Shown one piece after another: positions 30,424 to 40,819 of a stretch of DNA of 64,000 nucleotides. Position 1 is the first letter of the stretch. Every line of letters begins with the position of its first letter. Location of the stretch: contig LSNL01000002.1 of assembly GCA_003056145.1 (NCBI GenBank), forward strand, positions 36,369 through 100,368, read 5' to 3'. The stretch is from Parcubacteria group bacterium M10-OD1-1. Its GTDB lineage: Bacteria > Patescibacteriota > Minisyncoccia > Moranbacterales > UBA2206. A program made the translations under genes and the position numbers. The notes under the pieces were generated by a model. The model saw only the letters and a list, made by a program, of their open reading frames with translations. It searched no databases and was not told where the DNA came from.

Positions 30424-32202
30424 ATGGAGAAAGTTAGAAATTTTTGTATCATTGCGCATATTGATCATGGTAAGTCTACCATTTCAGATAGAATGCTAGA
30501 TATTACTAAAACAGTAGAAAGCAGAAAAATGAAAGAGCAACTTTTAGATCAGATGGATTTAGAGAGAGAAAAAGGTATAACAATTAAAATGCAACCAGTA
30601 CGGATGCATTATCAAGATTATGTCTTGAATTTAATTGATACTCCAGGTCATGTAGATTTTAGCTATGAAGTTTCTCGTTCGCTAGCTGCTGTAGAAGGAG
30701 TTATTCTTTTAGTAGATGCTACTAAGGGAGTACAAGCTCAGACGCTAGCTAATCTTTATCAAGCGCTAGAACATAATTTAGAGATTATTCCAGCAGTTAA
30801 TAAAATAGATTTGCCAAATGCTGATGTGGAGAAAACTAAACGAGAAATTGTCCATTTATTGGGAGGAAAAATGGAGGATGTTTTAGAAGTGTCAGGAAAA
30901 ACTGGACAAGGAGTAGAGAATCTTTTAGACCGAGTACTTACTTCTATTCCTGCCCCTCAAGGAGATATTCAAAAACCTTTACGGGCTTTAATTTTTGACT
31001 CTAAGTACGATATCTACAAAGGAGTTTTAGCTCATGTTAGAATAGTTGATGGAGAAATTGAAGCTGATAGTGAAATAGTAATGATGACTAATGGAGTAAA
31101 AAGTGATGTTATTGAAGTGGGCTATTTTAACCCGAATTTAGAAAAAACTCAAAAACTAGTAGCTGGTGATATTGGTTATATTGCTACTGGTTTAAAAAGC
31201 GTAGAATTTTGTCGAGTAGGAGATACAATTACGGCTAATGGTAGTCAAAGCAAGATAGAAAAATTGCCAGGTTATAAAGAAACTAAGCCGATGGTTTATG
31301 CTTCTTTTTATCCAATAGAAGGGGACGAATATAATTTGATGCGAGATGCTTTAGATAAACTAAAACTTAATGATGCGGCGTTTACTTTTGAGCCAGAGTC
31401 TAATTTAGCCTTAGGTCGTGGTTTTCGTTGTGGATTTTTAGGGTTATTACATTTAGAAATTGTTCAATCAAGACTAGAAAGAGAATTTCAAATTAGTCCA
31501 ACTATTACTACTCCAAGTGTAGTTTATAAAGTAAAACTAATAGGTAAGCAAGAAAAGAAAAAAGTTTATTCTCCTTCGGGATTACCAGATCCATCGTTGA
31601 TAGAGAAAATTTATGAGCCGTATGTTAATTTAGAAGTTGTTTCCTTGAAAAAATATCTAGGGAATATTATGGAAGTAATGAATAATACTAGAGCTCAATA
31701 TTTAGATACAGAATATTTAGATGCTGAAAGGATGATAATTAAATTTGATTGTCCGTTAACAGATGTGATTACCAATTTACACGACGATTTAAAAAGTGCT
31801 TCTTCGGGATATGCTTCTATGAATTATGAAATTAAGGATTATCGTCCGTATGATTTAGTAAAACTAGACATTTTAGTAGCTGAAGAAAAAGTAGACGCTT
31901 TTTCTCGGATTGTCCCACGGGAAAATGCTTTTACTGAAGGGAAAAGAGTTATCAGAAAATTAAAAGAAGTTATTCCAAGACAAAATTTTCAAATTGCTTT
32001 GCAAGCTACTATTTCGGGTAAGATAATTTCCAGAGAGACTATTAAAGCGTTTAGAAAAAATGTTATTGAAAAACTTTATGGAGGAGATATCTCTAGAAAG
32101 AAAAAACTATTAGCTAAACAGAAAAAAGGGAAGAAAAAAATGAAAACAGTTGGTAGAGTATCTATTCCTTCCGAAGCTTTTCTATCAGTTCTAAAAAAAT
32201 AA
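30424..32202 (+). CDS. lepA: Translation elongation factor 4 (LepA)
   Basis: NFCIIAHIDHGKSTISDRML G1 motif, DTPGHVDF, NKIDLP, and the LepA C-terminal domain. Confidence 0.95.
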   Translation: MEKVRNFCIIAHIDHGKSTISDRMLDITKTVESRKMKEQLLDQMDLEREKGITIKMQPVRMHYQDYVLNLIDTPGHVDFSYEVSRSLAAVEGVILLVDATKGVQAQTLANLYQALEHNLEIIPAVNKIDLPNADVEKTKREIVHLLGGKMEDVLEVSGKTGQGVENLLDRVLTSIPAPQGDIQKPLRALIFDSKYDIYKGVLAHVRIVDGEIEADSEIVMMTNGVKSDVIEVGYFNPNLEKTQKLVAGDIGYIATGLKSVEFCRVGDTITANGSQSKIEKLPGYKETKPMVYASFYPIEGDEYNLMRDALDKLKLNDAAFTFEPESNLALGRGFRCGFLGLLHLEIVQSRLEREFQISPTITTPSVVYKVKLIGKQEKKKVYSPSGLPDPSLIEKIYEPYVNLEVVSLKKYLGNIMEVMNNTRAQYLDTEYLDAERMIIKFDCPLTDVITNLHDDLKSASSGYASMNYEIKDYRPYDLVKLDILVAEEKVDAFSRIVPRENAFTEGKRVIRKLKEVIPRQNFQIALQATISGKIISRETIKAFRKNVIEKLYGGDISRKKKLLAKQKKGKKKMKTVGRVSIPSEAFLSVLKK

Positions 32203-32505
32203 GATTGAATAAAGTCTAAAAAGCTGTTAGTATAAGAGTAGTTGAAATTCTTTAAAAAGCTTAGTTTTATTTTCGAATATATTATATTTATTTTTACTGA
32301 AATCCAAGATAACTGATTTTATGAATTGGAAAAATTTAAGATAAGTAATAAAAATAAAAAAGATAAGAAGATTAATTTTATGAGAAGTAAAAAAACACAT
32401 AAAAAAATTAAAGTGGTTTGGCTAATAATAACTATTATTGCTGTTTTAGGAATGGTGCTTTTTACGATAGCTCCAATGCTAATGTATTAAAATAAAGAAT
32501 AAATA

Positions 32506-32922
32506 ATGCGAGAAGGAAATGAAAAAACTTCTAGCTCTTGGCTAGCAAAAATAGTAGTTCTTTTAATTTTTATTGCTTTCGGTCTTTTGGGTTATGCTTT
32601 ATCTAAAGAAATTAAAAAAAAGAAAGAAGTGACTCAAGAAATAAACTCCTTAAAAATAGAAGCTGATAAAATTAAAAAAGAGAATATGCAAATCAAAGAA
32701 AGAATTGCTTATTTTTCTAGCTCAGATTATCAAGAATTAGAGGCTAAAGAAAAGTTGAATCTTCAAAACAAAGAAGAAAAAGTAGTAGTTATTATTCCTA
32801 GTCCAATTAAATCAAAAAAAGTAGCTATTACTAGAAAAATTCAAGCAAAGCCAACTAGGATAATTTCAACAACGAATAATTTTCAAAAGTGGTGGAGATA
32901 TTTTTTTAGCCAGAAAAAATAA
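32506..32922 (+). CDS. FtsB/DivIC-like septum formation protein (TM + coiled coil)
   Basis: N-terminal TM helix followed by a heptad-like coiled-coil segment. Confidence 0.3.
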   Translation: MREGNEKTSSSWLAKIVVLLIFIAFGLLGYALSKEIKKKKEVTQEINSLKIEADKIKKENMQIKERIAYFSSSDYQELEAKEKLNLQNKEEKVVVIIPSPIKSKKVAITRKIQAKPTRIISTTNNFQKWWRYFFSQKK

Positions 32923-32940
32923 AAAAACTAATAATAAGCA

Positions 32941-33993
32941 ATGTTTAAGAATAAAAAGGGAAAAAAAGTTAAAGTAGTTACTATTATTTGGTCAGTTTTG
33001 ATTTTGGCTGTAATCTATTTGGTCTCAGTGGGAATTATTATTTATTTTTTTCCTTCAGTGCAAAGTAGAATTATTCAGAGAACAGCCAGAGTAATTCCTT
33101 ATCCAGTGGCTATAGTCGGGGATAATATTATTACTTTCAGAAAGCTGGAAAAAGAATTATCGGCAGTACAAAAGTTTTATGAAAATCAAAATTTTTCTAA
33201 ATTAGGTATGAGAGTAGATTTTTCAACGGCCGATGGTAAAAAGAGACTGCAAATTAAGGAAAAAGAAATTTTAGATAAACTAATCGAAAACGCAATTATT
33301 AAAGAAGAAGCTAACCAAAGAGGAATAAAATTAACTAAAGATATAATCAATGAAGAAGTTGATAGAAAATTAAAAGAATTTGGCACTAAAAATTATTTAC
33401 GCCATAATTTAGAAAAACTTTATGGCTGGAAGATAGAAGATTTTAAGCAAGATATTGTGGCTCCTGATTTGTATAAAAGCCAATTATTTGCTAAGATTAG
33501 AAAAAATAATTCTAGTTATTTAAAAGCCAAAGAAAAAATTGAGCAAGCTAAAAAAGATTTAAATCAAGGGACTAGCTTTAGGGAAGTGGTGGCTAAGTAT
33601 TCTGAAGGAGAGAGTGCTAAAAATAATGGAGAATTGGGTTGGTTTACCTCTAATCAAATGCTTCCAGCGGTGTCTATAGTAGTGTATAATCTTAAGATAG
33701 GGCAAACAAGTGAAATAATTCAAAGTCCAATTGGTTATCATATTGTACAATTGGAGGATCAAAAAATAGAAAATGGAAAAAAAATAGTTAAAGTAAGGCA
33801 GGTTTTTGTTAAAACGGAAACTTTTTCTCAGTGGCTAGTTAAGAAAGAACAAACAAAATCAGTTTTTATTTTAATGAGAAAATTTCAATGGAGCAAAGAT
33901 AATGCTCAAGTGGAATTTAGAAGTTCAGCGATGCGAGCTTTTGAACAAAAAATAATCAAGAATCCGACTAACGATCCATCAATGATGTTTTAA
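32941..33993 (+). CDS. Membrane-anchored parvulin-type peptidyl-prolyl isomerase (PrsA/SurA-like)
   Basis: Rotamase motifs NNGELGWF and SPIGYHIVQ. N-terminal TM helix. Confidence 0.7.
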   Translation: MFKNKKGKKVKVVTIIWSVLILAVIYLVSVGIIIYFFPSVQSRIIQRTARVIPYPVAIVGDNIITFRKLEKELSAVQKFYENQNFSKLGMRVDFSTADGKKRLQIKEKEILDKLIENAIIKEEANQRGIKLTKDIINEEVDRKLKEFGTKNYLRHNLEKLYGWKIEDFKQDIVAPDLYKSQLFAKIRKNNSSYLKAKEKIEQAKKDLNQGTSFREVVAKYSEGESAKNNGELGWFTSNQMLPAVSIVVYNLKIGQTSEIIQSPIGYHIVQLEDQKIENGKKIVKVRQVFVKTETFSQWLVKKEQTKSVFILMRKFQWSKDNAQVEFRSSAMRAFEQKIIKNPTNDPSMMF

Positions 33994-34038
33994 ATTTTTA
34001 AATAGTGAGTTAAATATTAATTTTTAAATAAAAAAAAT

Positions 34039-34221
34039 ATGTCAAAACCAAAAGTTAATGAAGACATTTGTATCGGTTGTGGAACCTGCGAATCTCTTTG
34101 TCCAAAAGTATTTAAACTAGAAGATGGAAAATCTCATGTTGTAACCGATGAATGCGGTGATTGTGATTGCCAAGAGGTAATTGGTAGTTGTCCAGTAAAT
34201 GCTATTTCAATGGAAGAATAG
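34039..34221 (+). CDS. 4Fe-4S ferredoxin
   Basis: CIGCGTCESLCP cluster motif in a 60-aa protein. Confidence 0.75.
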   Translation: MSKPKVNEDICIGCGTCESLCPKVFKLEDGKSHVVTDECGDCDCQEVIGSCPVNAISMEE

Positions 34222-34484
34222 ATTTCTTCTGTAATTTTTAGTCGGCTTATTGAGACTATTTTTAAAATTAGAGAATCTCAAAACCTCATTAAAACTATTA
34301 GGAGTTTTTTTGAGTGGCTATTGATATTTGGCTATTGATAATCTTTACGCTTGACTAAAAAAGAGTATAATTATATTTGAAGTTATAAAGTTGGAAACTA
34401 AACTAAAATTTTTAACAATCTAATAGTTAAAATAGTGGATTAAGAATAGCAAGTTGATTATTCTCTAATCTACTCATAAAATAT

Positions 34485-35786
34485 ATGGAACAAATTGAAC
34501 CATCAGAAAATCAATCTTTAAAAAACAATCAATCAAAAAGGAAAAATAAACTTGCTTTTTATGGAGGCTTGTTAATTATTTTAATAATTTTTGTTTCAGC
34601 TACTTTTGGAGCGGTTTTTGGTTTTTTGGCATCTAAATCAGGAACATCAATTCTTGCTAATTTAGACCATGGAAAGTTTAAATTTTTAGTAGCACAAAAA
34701 GAAATTAAAAAACAGCCAGATATTATAAAGCAGAAAATAATTCAAGAAGACTCGGCTGTTATTGATGTCGTTAAAAAAACTACTCCAGCAGTTGTGAGTA
34801 TTGTTATCAGCAAGGATATTCCGCAAACTATTAATTTTGATAATTTGCCTAATTTTTTTGGTTTTGGTTTTGGACAAAATAATCAAAATAATCAAAAAGA
34901 AACTTTTAAAAAGCAAACTATTGGTGGAGGAACGGGATTTTTTATTACTACTGATGGAATGATTGTTACTAATAGGCACGTAGTAGATGATCCAAACGCT
35001 ACCTATACTGTTGTAACTAATGATAAGAAAAAACATTCAGCTAAAGTTTTGGCTATTGATCCAGTTAACGACTTAGCGGTTATTAAGATTAAAGGGAATG
35101 GTTATCCTACTTTATCTTTAGGTGATTCCGATAAAGCGCAAATAGGACAAACAGTTATTGCAATTGGGAATTCTTTAGGTCAGTTTTCAAATACAGTCAG
35201 TAGAGGAATTATCTCGGGACTTAAAAGAAGTGTAACTGCAGGAGGCTATATTGGACAAGTAGAAAAATTGAAGAATATTATTCAAACTGATGCTGCTATT
35301 AATCCAGGAAATTCTGGGGGTCCACTTCTAAATATTAACGGAAAAGTTGTTGGAATTAATGTAGCAATTGTCCAAGGAGCACAAAATATTGGTTTTGCTA
35401 TTCCAGCTAAACAAGTTAAGAAAGTAGTAGAAGAGGTTAAGAAAACAGGAAAAATCTCAACTCCTTATCTAGGTGTAAGATATATCCCAGTTACTAAAAC
35501 TTTACAGAAGAGGTATAATCTTCCTTATGGTTATGGTAGTTTAGTTTTGCGAGGAAATAAGATAACTGATTTAGCGGTTGTCCCAGGCTCTCCAGCTGAT
35601 AAAGCTGGAATTATGGAAAATGATATAATCTTAGAAGTAGATGGAAAAAAGGTTAACGCTTCTCAGGATGGAGATAGTTTATCAGATTTAATTGCCGAAA
35701 AAAATATAGGAGAAACTGTAACTCTGAAAATCTGGCATAAAGGAAAAAATAAAACTGTTCAAGCTAAATTAACAGCTAGGGAATAA
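34485..35786 (+). CDS. htrA: HtrA/DegP-family serine protease with PDZ domain
   Basis: His region GMIVTNRHVV, Asp region NDLAVIKI, Ser region GNSGGPLLN. C-terminal PDZ domain. Confidence 0.85.
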   Translation: MEQIEPSENQSLKNNQSKRKNKLAFYGGLLIILIIFVSATFGAVFGFLASKSGTSILANLDHGKFKFLVAQKEIKKQPDIIKQKIIQEDSAVIDVVKKTTPAVVSIVISKDIPQTINFDNLPNFFGFGFGQNNQNNQKETFKKQTIGGGTGFFITTDGMIVTNRHVVDDPNATYTVVTNDKKKHSAKVLAIDPVNDLAVIKIKGNGYPTLSLGDSDKAQIGQTVIAIGNSLGQFSNTVSRGIISGLKRSVTAGGYIGQVEKLKNIIQTDAAINPGNSGGPLLNINGKVVGINVAIVQGAQNIGFAIPAKQVKKVVEEVKKTGKISTPYLGVRYIPVTKTLQKRYNLPYGYGSLVLRGNKITDLAVVPGSPADKAGIMENDIILEVDGKKVNASQDGDSLSDLIAEKNIGETVTLKIWHKGKNKTVQAKLTARE

Positions 35787-35792
35787 AAAAAG

Positions 35793-35829
35793 AGGCACTT
35801 ACTAAATGGAGTAAGTGCCTAGTTTTTTC
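35793..35829 (+). terminator. Rho-independent terminator
   Basis: AGGCACTTACT / AGTAAGTGCCT stem followed by AGTTTTTTC. Confidence 0.55.
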
Positions 35830-35956
35830 AAATCCAATTTATAGTCTAAAAACTTAAAGAAAAGTTGCAATTTAATTTATTCAAGGTAAAATGAAAAAAG
35901 AGAAGAATTAAATAATTATTTCTTATCTCTTAACTAAAATTTAGTTTTCTATTAGT

Positions 35957-36697
35957 GTGTTTTTAAAATTACAACCATTATTATATAGCCTGATGTTTTT
36001 GTTAGGCTTAGAATTTATAGTATTAGAGCATAAGAACGTTTTAGTGATTGTGTTTTTTTTGTTTTTGATGTCTATTTATCAAGGAAAAAAAGTAGGTAAA
36101 AAATGGAAATTCTCTGTTTTACCTGCCTTTTTTACTCTTTCTTCAGTCGCTTTATTATACTTAATCACCTTAGGTTATGAACAGCAGGCTTTTATTGCTC
36201 TGACTGTGTCAATGTATTATCTCTCTTTATTTGGAGCTTATAGGTTGAGTAAATATAAAGGTGATCAAACAGCCAGAGGAATGATTATGTCAGCTACGGT
36301 TTCAACTATATTTTTTACTTATGCTGGAGCCTATGGATTATATTTGAATTTTTTAGTGCCTCTATTTTTCTTGATGCTGGTTTATATGGTGGTTACTTTA
36401 TTGGTTAGCTACCAATATTTTTCTATTTTAGAAAATAAGAAAAAAAGAATTATTTGGGTATATAGTTTTGTATTGGCTCTTTCTATGACAGAAATTGTTT
36501 GGGCAATTAATTTTTGGCCTTTTGGATACTTGACTACCGGAGTTATTGCTCTTATACTCTATTATGTGCTTTGGGACATTATTCAAAGCCATTTTTTGAA
36601 TATTTTAAATAAAAAAAGAGTTGTAGCTAATTTAATCCTTTTTTCTTTTCTCATCGTTTTAGTTTTAATGAGTTCCAAATGGATTCCTGTTATCTAA
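35957..36697 (+). CDS. Integral membrane protein, unknown function
   Basis: 246 aa with 7-8 TM helices. Confidence 0.4.
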   Translation: MFLKLQPLLYSLMFLLGLEFIVLEHKNVLVIVFFLFLMSIYQGKKVGKKWKFSVLPAFFTLSSVALLYLITLGYEQQAFIALTVSMYYLSLFGAYRLSKYKGDQTARGMIMSATVSTIFFTYAGAYGLYLNFLVPLFFLMLVYMVVTLLVSYQYFSILENKKKRIIWVYSFVLALSMTEIVWAINFWPFGYLTTGVIALILYYVLWDIIQSHFLNILNKKRVVANLILFSFLIVLVLMSSKWIPVI

Positions 36698-36718
36698 AAA
36701 TATAGTTATAAGATTAAT

Positions 36719-37873
36719 ATGTTTAAAAAAATAATTTTAGTTTTTGCCATTTTAATAGTCGCTGGAATTAGCGGAATTTATGGTGATAGATATTTATTTC
36801 CTTATTTGGCGACCACATCGCTTTTTTCAAAATATCAATTTTTGAAAAAAGCGACTAATAATGTAACTGTTATCAATAAAACGGAGAAAGTTTATGTTAA
36901 AGAAGATTCTTCTATTAAAGGAATTGCTAATCAGACCGTTGCTTCTATTGTTAATATTATTTCTTATCCAAGTAATAATCAAAAAAAGAATATAATTCTT
37001 CGGTCTCGGAAAAAAGAAGCTAATTTCAAAAATGGGACTGGCGAAATTGTTACTAGCGATGGAATTATTATGACTTATATTTCAGCTATTAACCCAAAAA
37101 ATTCTAATTATAAAATTTTAACTTCAGACGGAAATTCTTACGATGGAAAATTATTAGAGGTAGATTCTTGGAGTAATTTAGCTTTTATTAAGATTAATAC
37201 TAGCAATCTTCCAGTAGTAGCTTTTGGAAACTTTAAAAACTATAGCTCAGGTAGAAAGGTCATTGCTATTGGTAATAATATGGTGAGATACCAAAATAGT
37301 TTTAGTCTAGGAATTTTAAATAGTTTTAATCCAACTTTTAATATTTCTGGACAATCGCTTTCATCTTCTGAAAAATTAGAAGGAGTTTTTCTGACTGATT
37401 TTAGTCAAGGATCTCTATCGGTAGGTGGTCCAATTATTGATTATTCTGGTAAAATTATTGGTGTAACTGGAGCAATAACTATCAATGGAAAAACTACTTA
37501 TTTTGAAATTCCATCCAATAAAGTGGAATTAGTTTTAGATAAAGTAATCAACAAGGAAGTAAAAACCAATCCAATTTTAGGAGTTTATTATGTTTCATTG
37601 AGTAAGTCTTACGCACTGGCTAATAATTTAAGTCAGGATCATGGTGCTTTGATTTATTCTAAATCTGGGCAACAAGGTTTGGCGGTGATTTCTGGAACCC
37701 CAGCCTTTAAATCCGGTCTCAAAATTAGAGATATAATTACAAAAGCTAATGGTCAAGATATAAATTTGGATCACAATCTTTCTGATGTGTTGTATTCTTT
37801 CAAAAAAGGAGATAAAATTGAATTAACGGTTTTGAGAAATGGCAAGGAAATTAAAATCGAAGTACAATTATAG
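36719..37873 (+). CDS. HtrA-like pseudo-protease (trypsin fold + PDZ, catalytic triad not conserved)
   Basis: Aligns with the HtrA at 34485..35786, but the His region is IIMTYISAI, the Asp region is SNLAFIKI and the Ser region is GSLSVGGP. Confidence 0.55.
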   Translation: MFKKIILVFAILIVAGISGIYGDRYLFPYLATTSLFSKYQFLKKATNNVTVINKTEKVYVKEDSSIKGIANQTVASIVNIISYPSNNQKKNIILRSRKKEANFKNGTGEIVTSDGIIMTYISAINPKNSNYKILTSDGNSYDGKLLEVDSWSNLAFIKINTSNLPVVAFGNFKNYSSGRKVIAIGNNMVRYQNSFSLGILNSFNPTFNISGQSLSSSEKLEGVFLTDFSQGSLSVGGPIIDYSGKIIGVTGAITINGKTTYFEIPSNKVELVLDKVINKEVKTNPILGVYYVSLSKSYALANNLSQDHGALIYSKSGQQGLAVISGTPAFKSGLKIRDIITKANGQDINLDHNLSDVLYSFKKGDKIELTVLRNGKEIKIEVQL

Positions 37874-38008
37874 AAAGAAGCATGAGACTTGATGGGCATT
37901 AAATTTTGAAACTCAGGCTGTTTACTTTTTAGAAGAAAAAAATTAGAAAAATTTTAATCTTTATAGTTAAATTATAATTTATTTTGTCAGTTAAGGGGGT
38001 AGGATATT

Positions 38009-38374
38009 ATGAAAAAAGAATTGGAGCTTGTTAAAAAGTTTCACGAAAAATTTAAGACGCCAATTTTAAGAAAGCCATCTTTAATTGCAAAAGACCGGTT
38101 TGAATTGCGTCATCATTTAATAGATGAAGAAGTGCAGGAATATTTAGAAGGTGCTCAAAAAGGAGATCTGGAAAACATCGCCAATGAATTGGCGGATATC
38201 TTGTATTCGGTCTACGGGACTGTTCTTGAACACGGGTTACAAGATGTGATGGATGAGGTTTTCGAAGAAGTGCATCGCTCGCACATGAGCAAAGACTATC
38301 ATCCGTATAAAATGATTAAAGGTAAAAAATATTTTAAACCAGAATTGGGAAAAATTTTTAAGAAGAAGAAATAG
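38009..38374 (+). CDS. MazG-like nucleoside triphosphate pyrophosphohydrolase family protein
   Basis: All-alpha NTP-PPase signature: EExxEY...ELADIL...EV. Confidence 0.55.
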   Translation: MKKELELVKKFHEKFKTPILRKPSLIAKDRFELRHHLIDEEVQEYLEGAQKGDLENIANELADILYSVYGTVLEHGLQDVMDEVFEEVHRSHMSKDYHPYKMIKGKKYFKPELGKIFKKKK

Positions 38375-38396
38375 ATAAAATTGTGAGTTATCTTAT

Positions 38397-38425
38397 TTGA
38401 CAAAAAATAAATTATAATTCATAAT
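38397..38425 (+). promoter_or_regulatory. Sigma70-like promoter (TTGACA-17nt-CATAAT)
   Basis: Consensus -35 TTGACA at 38397-38402 and CATAAT at 38420-38425 with 17-nt spacing, upstream of the KH-domain gene. Confidence 0.4.
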
Positions 38426-38566
38426 ATAAGTAGTTAAAAATAGGGGTTTTTGTCATTTTTTACAAATTGACAAAGATAAATTGGAATGGCTTGGTCGATC
38501 CTCCAGCTCACTAAGTTTAACTGAAAATGCCTTTTAAGGCGATAATCTTTAATACAGAAAACATAT

Positions 38567-38896
38567 ATGACAGAACAAGCAACCGACAAAGACTTCGTAG
38601 AGTATGTCGTTAAACAAGTTGTAAATAATCCTGACGACGTAAAAGTTGAAAGGAAAATTGATGAGATGGGAGTTCTTATAACTTTAGATGTAAATCCTGA
38701 AGATATGGGAATGATCATTGGTCGTGAAGGTGCGACTGCTAAAGCCCTTAGAACCCTTTTGAGAGTTATTGGAGCAAAAAATAACGCTAGAGTTAATCTT
38801 AAGATTAACGAACCAGAAGGAAGCGAAAGAAATGAGAAAAGAGAAAGTACAGAAAGAAAAAGTATTGATGAAGTTGTAGGTGATATTAATATCTAA
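38567..38896 (+). CDS. KH-domain RNA-binding protein (KhpA/YlqC-like) with basic/acidic C-terminal tail
   Basis: LITLDVNPEDMGMIIGREGATAKALRTLLR matches the KhpA GxxG KH motif. Confidence 0.6.
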   Translation: MTEQATDKDFVEYVVKQVVNNPDDVKVERKIDEMGVLITLDVNPEDMGMIIGREGATAKALRTLLRVIGAKNNARVNLKINEPEGSERNEKRESTERKSIDEVVGDINI

Positions 38897-38920
38897 AACA
38901 ACTTTAAATTTCTCAGTAAA

Positions 38921-38948
38921 AGACCTTGTTTAAACAAGGTCTTTTTTG
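38921..38948 (+). terminator. Rho-independent terminator
   Basis: AGACCTTGT / ACAAGGTCT stem with TTAA loop, followed by TTTTTT. Confidence 0.55.
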
Positions 38949-39018
38949 TTTTTTAATTTGGAATATGCTATTATTAGATTAAAATTTGCTTTATTTAAAA
39001 TAGATTTTAGTAACTTAT

Positions 39019-39684
39019 ATGCAATTTGATATTATTACAATTTTTCCGTCAATGTTTGATTCTTATTTCTCGTATTCTATTCTTAAGCGAGCTCAGGAGA
39101 AAAAATTAATTCAAATAAAAGTTCATAATTTACGAGATTATGCTAATGATAAACATAAGACTGTTGATGACACTCCTTATGGAGGAGGAGCTGGAATGGT
39201 AATGAAAGTAGAGCCGATCTATAAAATAATTCAAAACCTCAAAGAAGAAGCTAATCAAACAAAAAAGAAAACTAGAATTATTTTATTTTCAGCTAAAGGA
39301 AAACAATATAATCAAAAAGAAGCAGAAAAATTATCAAAATATGATCAATTAATTTTAATTTGTGGACGCTATGAAGGGGTAGATGAAAGAGTGTCTCAAT
39401 ATATTGCTGAAGAAGAAATTGCTATTGGAGAATATGTTTTAACGGGCGGAGAAATACCAGCAATGGTGTTGGTTGACAGTGTATCGCGTCTTATCCCTAA
39501 TGTATTGGGTAATGAGGAAAGTTCTAAAAATGAATCACATAAAGAAGAAAATTATTTAGAATATCCTCAATATACAAAACCAGAAAATTTTTTAAACTGG
39601 AAAGTTCCCCCAGTTCTTTTAAGTGGTAACCATCAAGCTATCAATAAATGGAGAGAAGAGGAAAGTCATAATTATGAAAAATAA
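39019..39684 (+). CDS. trmD: tRNA (guanine37-N1)-methyltransferase
   Basis: [16 protein letters not shown] start, with [10 protein letters not shown] and [10 protein letters not shown] motifs. Confidence 0.9.
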   Translation: MQFDIITIFPSMFDSYFSYSILKRAQEKKLIQIKVHNLRDYANDKHKTVDDTPYGGGAGMVMKVEPIYKIIQNLKEEANQTKKKTRIILFSAKGKQYNQKEAEKLSKYDQLILICGRYEGVDERVSQYIAEEEIAIGEYVLTGGEIPAMVLVDSVSRLIPNVLGNEESSKNESHKEENYLEYPQYTKPENFLNWKVPPVLLSGNHQAINKWREEESHNYEK

Positions 39685-40792
39685 AATTAGCAAAATAAGA
39701 CAGTCAATAGATACTAAATTATTTTTTACTGTTTTTGGTTTGCTGATTTTTGGTTTAATTATGATTGCTTCAGCTGGAATTTCTTATTCTCGGGTTCACT
39801 TCGGTGATCCGTATTATTTTTTTAAACATCAACTTTTTTATGGTGTAATTCCTGGCTTTATTATGCTTTATATTGCCCAAAGAGTTAATTATAATTTTTG
39901 GAAAAGAATATCCTTTCCTTTTTTTCTTTTGAGTATAATATTTTTAGTTTTAGTTTTTGTGCCGGGTTTTGGTTCTAGAATTTATGGAGCTAGTCGCTGG
40001 ATCAAATTAGGTCCTTTCTCTTTTCAACCAGCGGAAATGTTAAAGCTTTCTATGGTTATTTATTTAGCTGCTTGGCTAGAGGGTAAAATAAATAAAGTGA
40101 AGGATTTTTATGAAGGCTTAGTTCCTTTTTTAGTAATTTTAGGTATTGTAAGTTTTCTTTTAATTAAGCAACCAGATATGGGAACTTTAGGAGTAATAAT
40201 TTTAATTGCTATTTCTATTTTTTTTATTTCTGGAGCTAAAGTTTCTCATATTCTAATGATGGGAAGTATCGGATTTTTAGGATTGTATATTTTAATAAAA
40301 ATAAAACCGTATAGAATGAATCGGTTTTTAGTTTTTTTGCATCCCGAGCTTGATCCACAAGGAATTGGTTATCAAATCAATCAGGCTCTTTTAGCTATTG
40401 GGTCAGGTGGAATTTTTGGAGTTGGCTTGGGACATAGTTTGCAGAAAATGAATTATTTACCTGAGCCAGTAGGTGATTCTATTTTTGCAATTATTGGCGA
40501 AGAGTTAGGTTTGATTGGAGCAGTTGCTTTAATTGCTCTTTTTGTTTATTTTGCAATACGAGGATTGAGAATTGCCAAAAATGCTCCTGACCGTTTTTCT
40601 CAATTAATAGCTGTTGGGATAGTGTCTTGGATTGCTTTTCAGGCTTTCATTAATATAGCTGCTATCTCTGGACTAATTCCTTTAACTGGAATTCCACTTC
40701 CATTTATCAGTTATGGAGGAACTTCAATTATTTTTCTGATGGTTGCCGTTGGCATATTGCTTAACATTTCAAAATATTCAAAATCTAGCTAA
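39674..40792 (+). CDS. ftsW: SEDS-family peptidoglycan glycosyltransferase FtsW/RodA
   Basis: 10 TM helices and SEDS motifs. Start set at the ATG at 39674 (preceded by a GAGGAAAG RBS), which overlaps the trmD end by 11 nt. The track ORF starts upstream at 39623. Confidence 0.85.
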   Translation: MKNKISKIRQSIDTKLFFTVFGLLIFGLIMIASAGISYSRVHFGDPYYFFKHQLFYGVIPGFIMLYIAQRVNYNFWKRISFPFFLLSIIFLVLVFVPGFGSRIYGASRWIKLGPFSFQPAEMLKLSMVIYLAAWLEGKINKVKDFYEGLVPFLVILGIVSFLLIKQPDMGTLGVIILIAISIFFISGAKVSHILMMGSIGFLGLYILIKIKPYRMNRFLVFLHPELDPQGIGYQINQALLAIGSGGIFGVGLGHSLQKMNYLPEPVGDSIFAIIGEELGLIGAVALIALFVYFAIRGLRIAKNAPDRFSQLIAVGIVSWIAFQAFINIAAISGLIPLTGIPLPFISYGGTSIIFLMVAVGILLNISKYSKSS

Positions 40793-40819
40793 TTTTAATT
40801 TATTTAATATTATAAAAAT

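Noticed and set aside
34264-34400. Direct repeat GGCTATTGATA x2 and a TTGACT...TATAAT-like element after the ferredoxin gene. Considered as a regulatory repeat or promoter for htrA.
   Set aside because: The repeat is only 11 bp and the -35/-10 spacing is poor. This is insufficient to call.
38434-38718. 94-aa minus-strand ORF spanning the promoter region and the 5' end of the KH-domain gene.
   Set aside because: It overlaps a better-supported plus-strand gene and promoter and has no domain signal.
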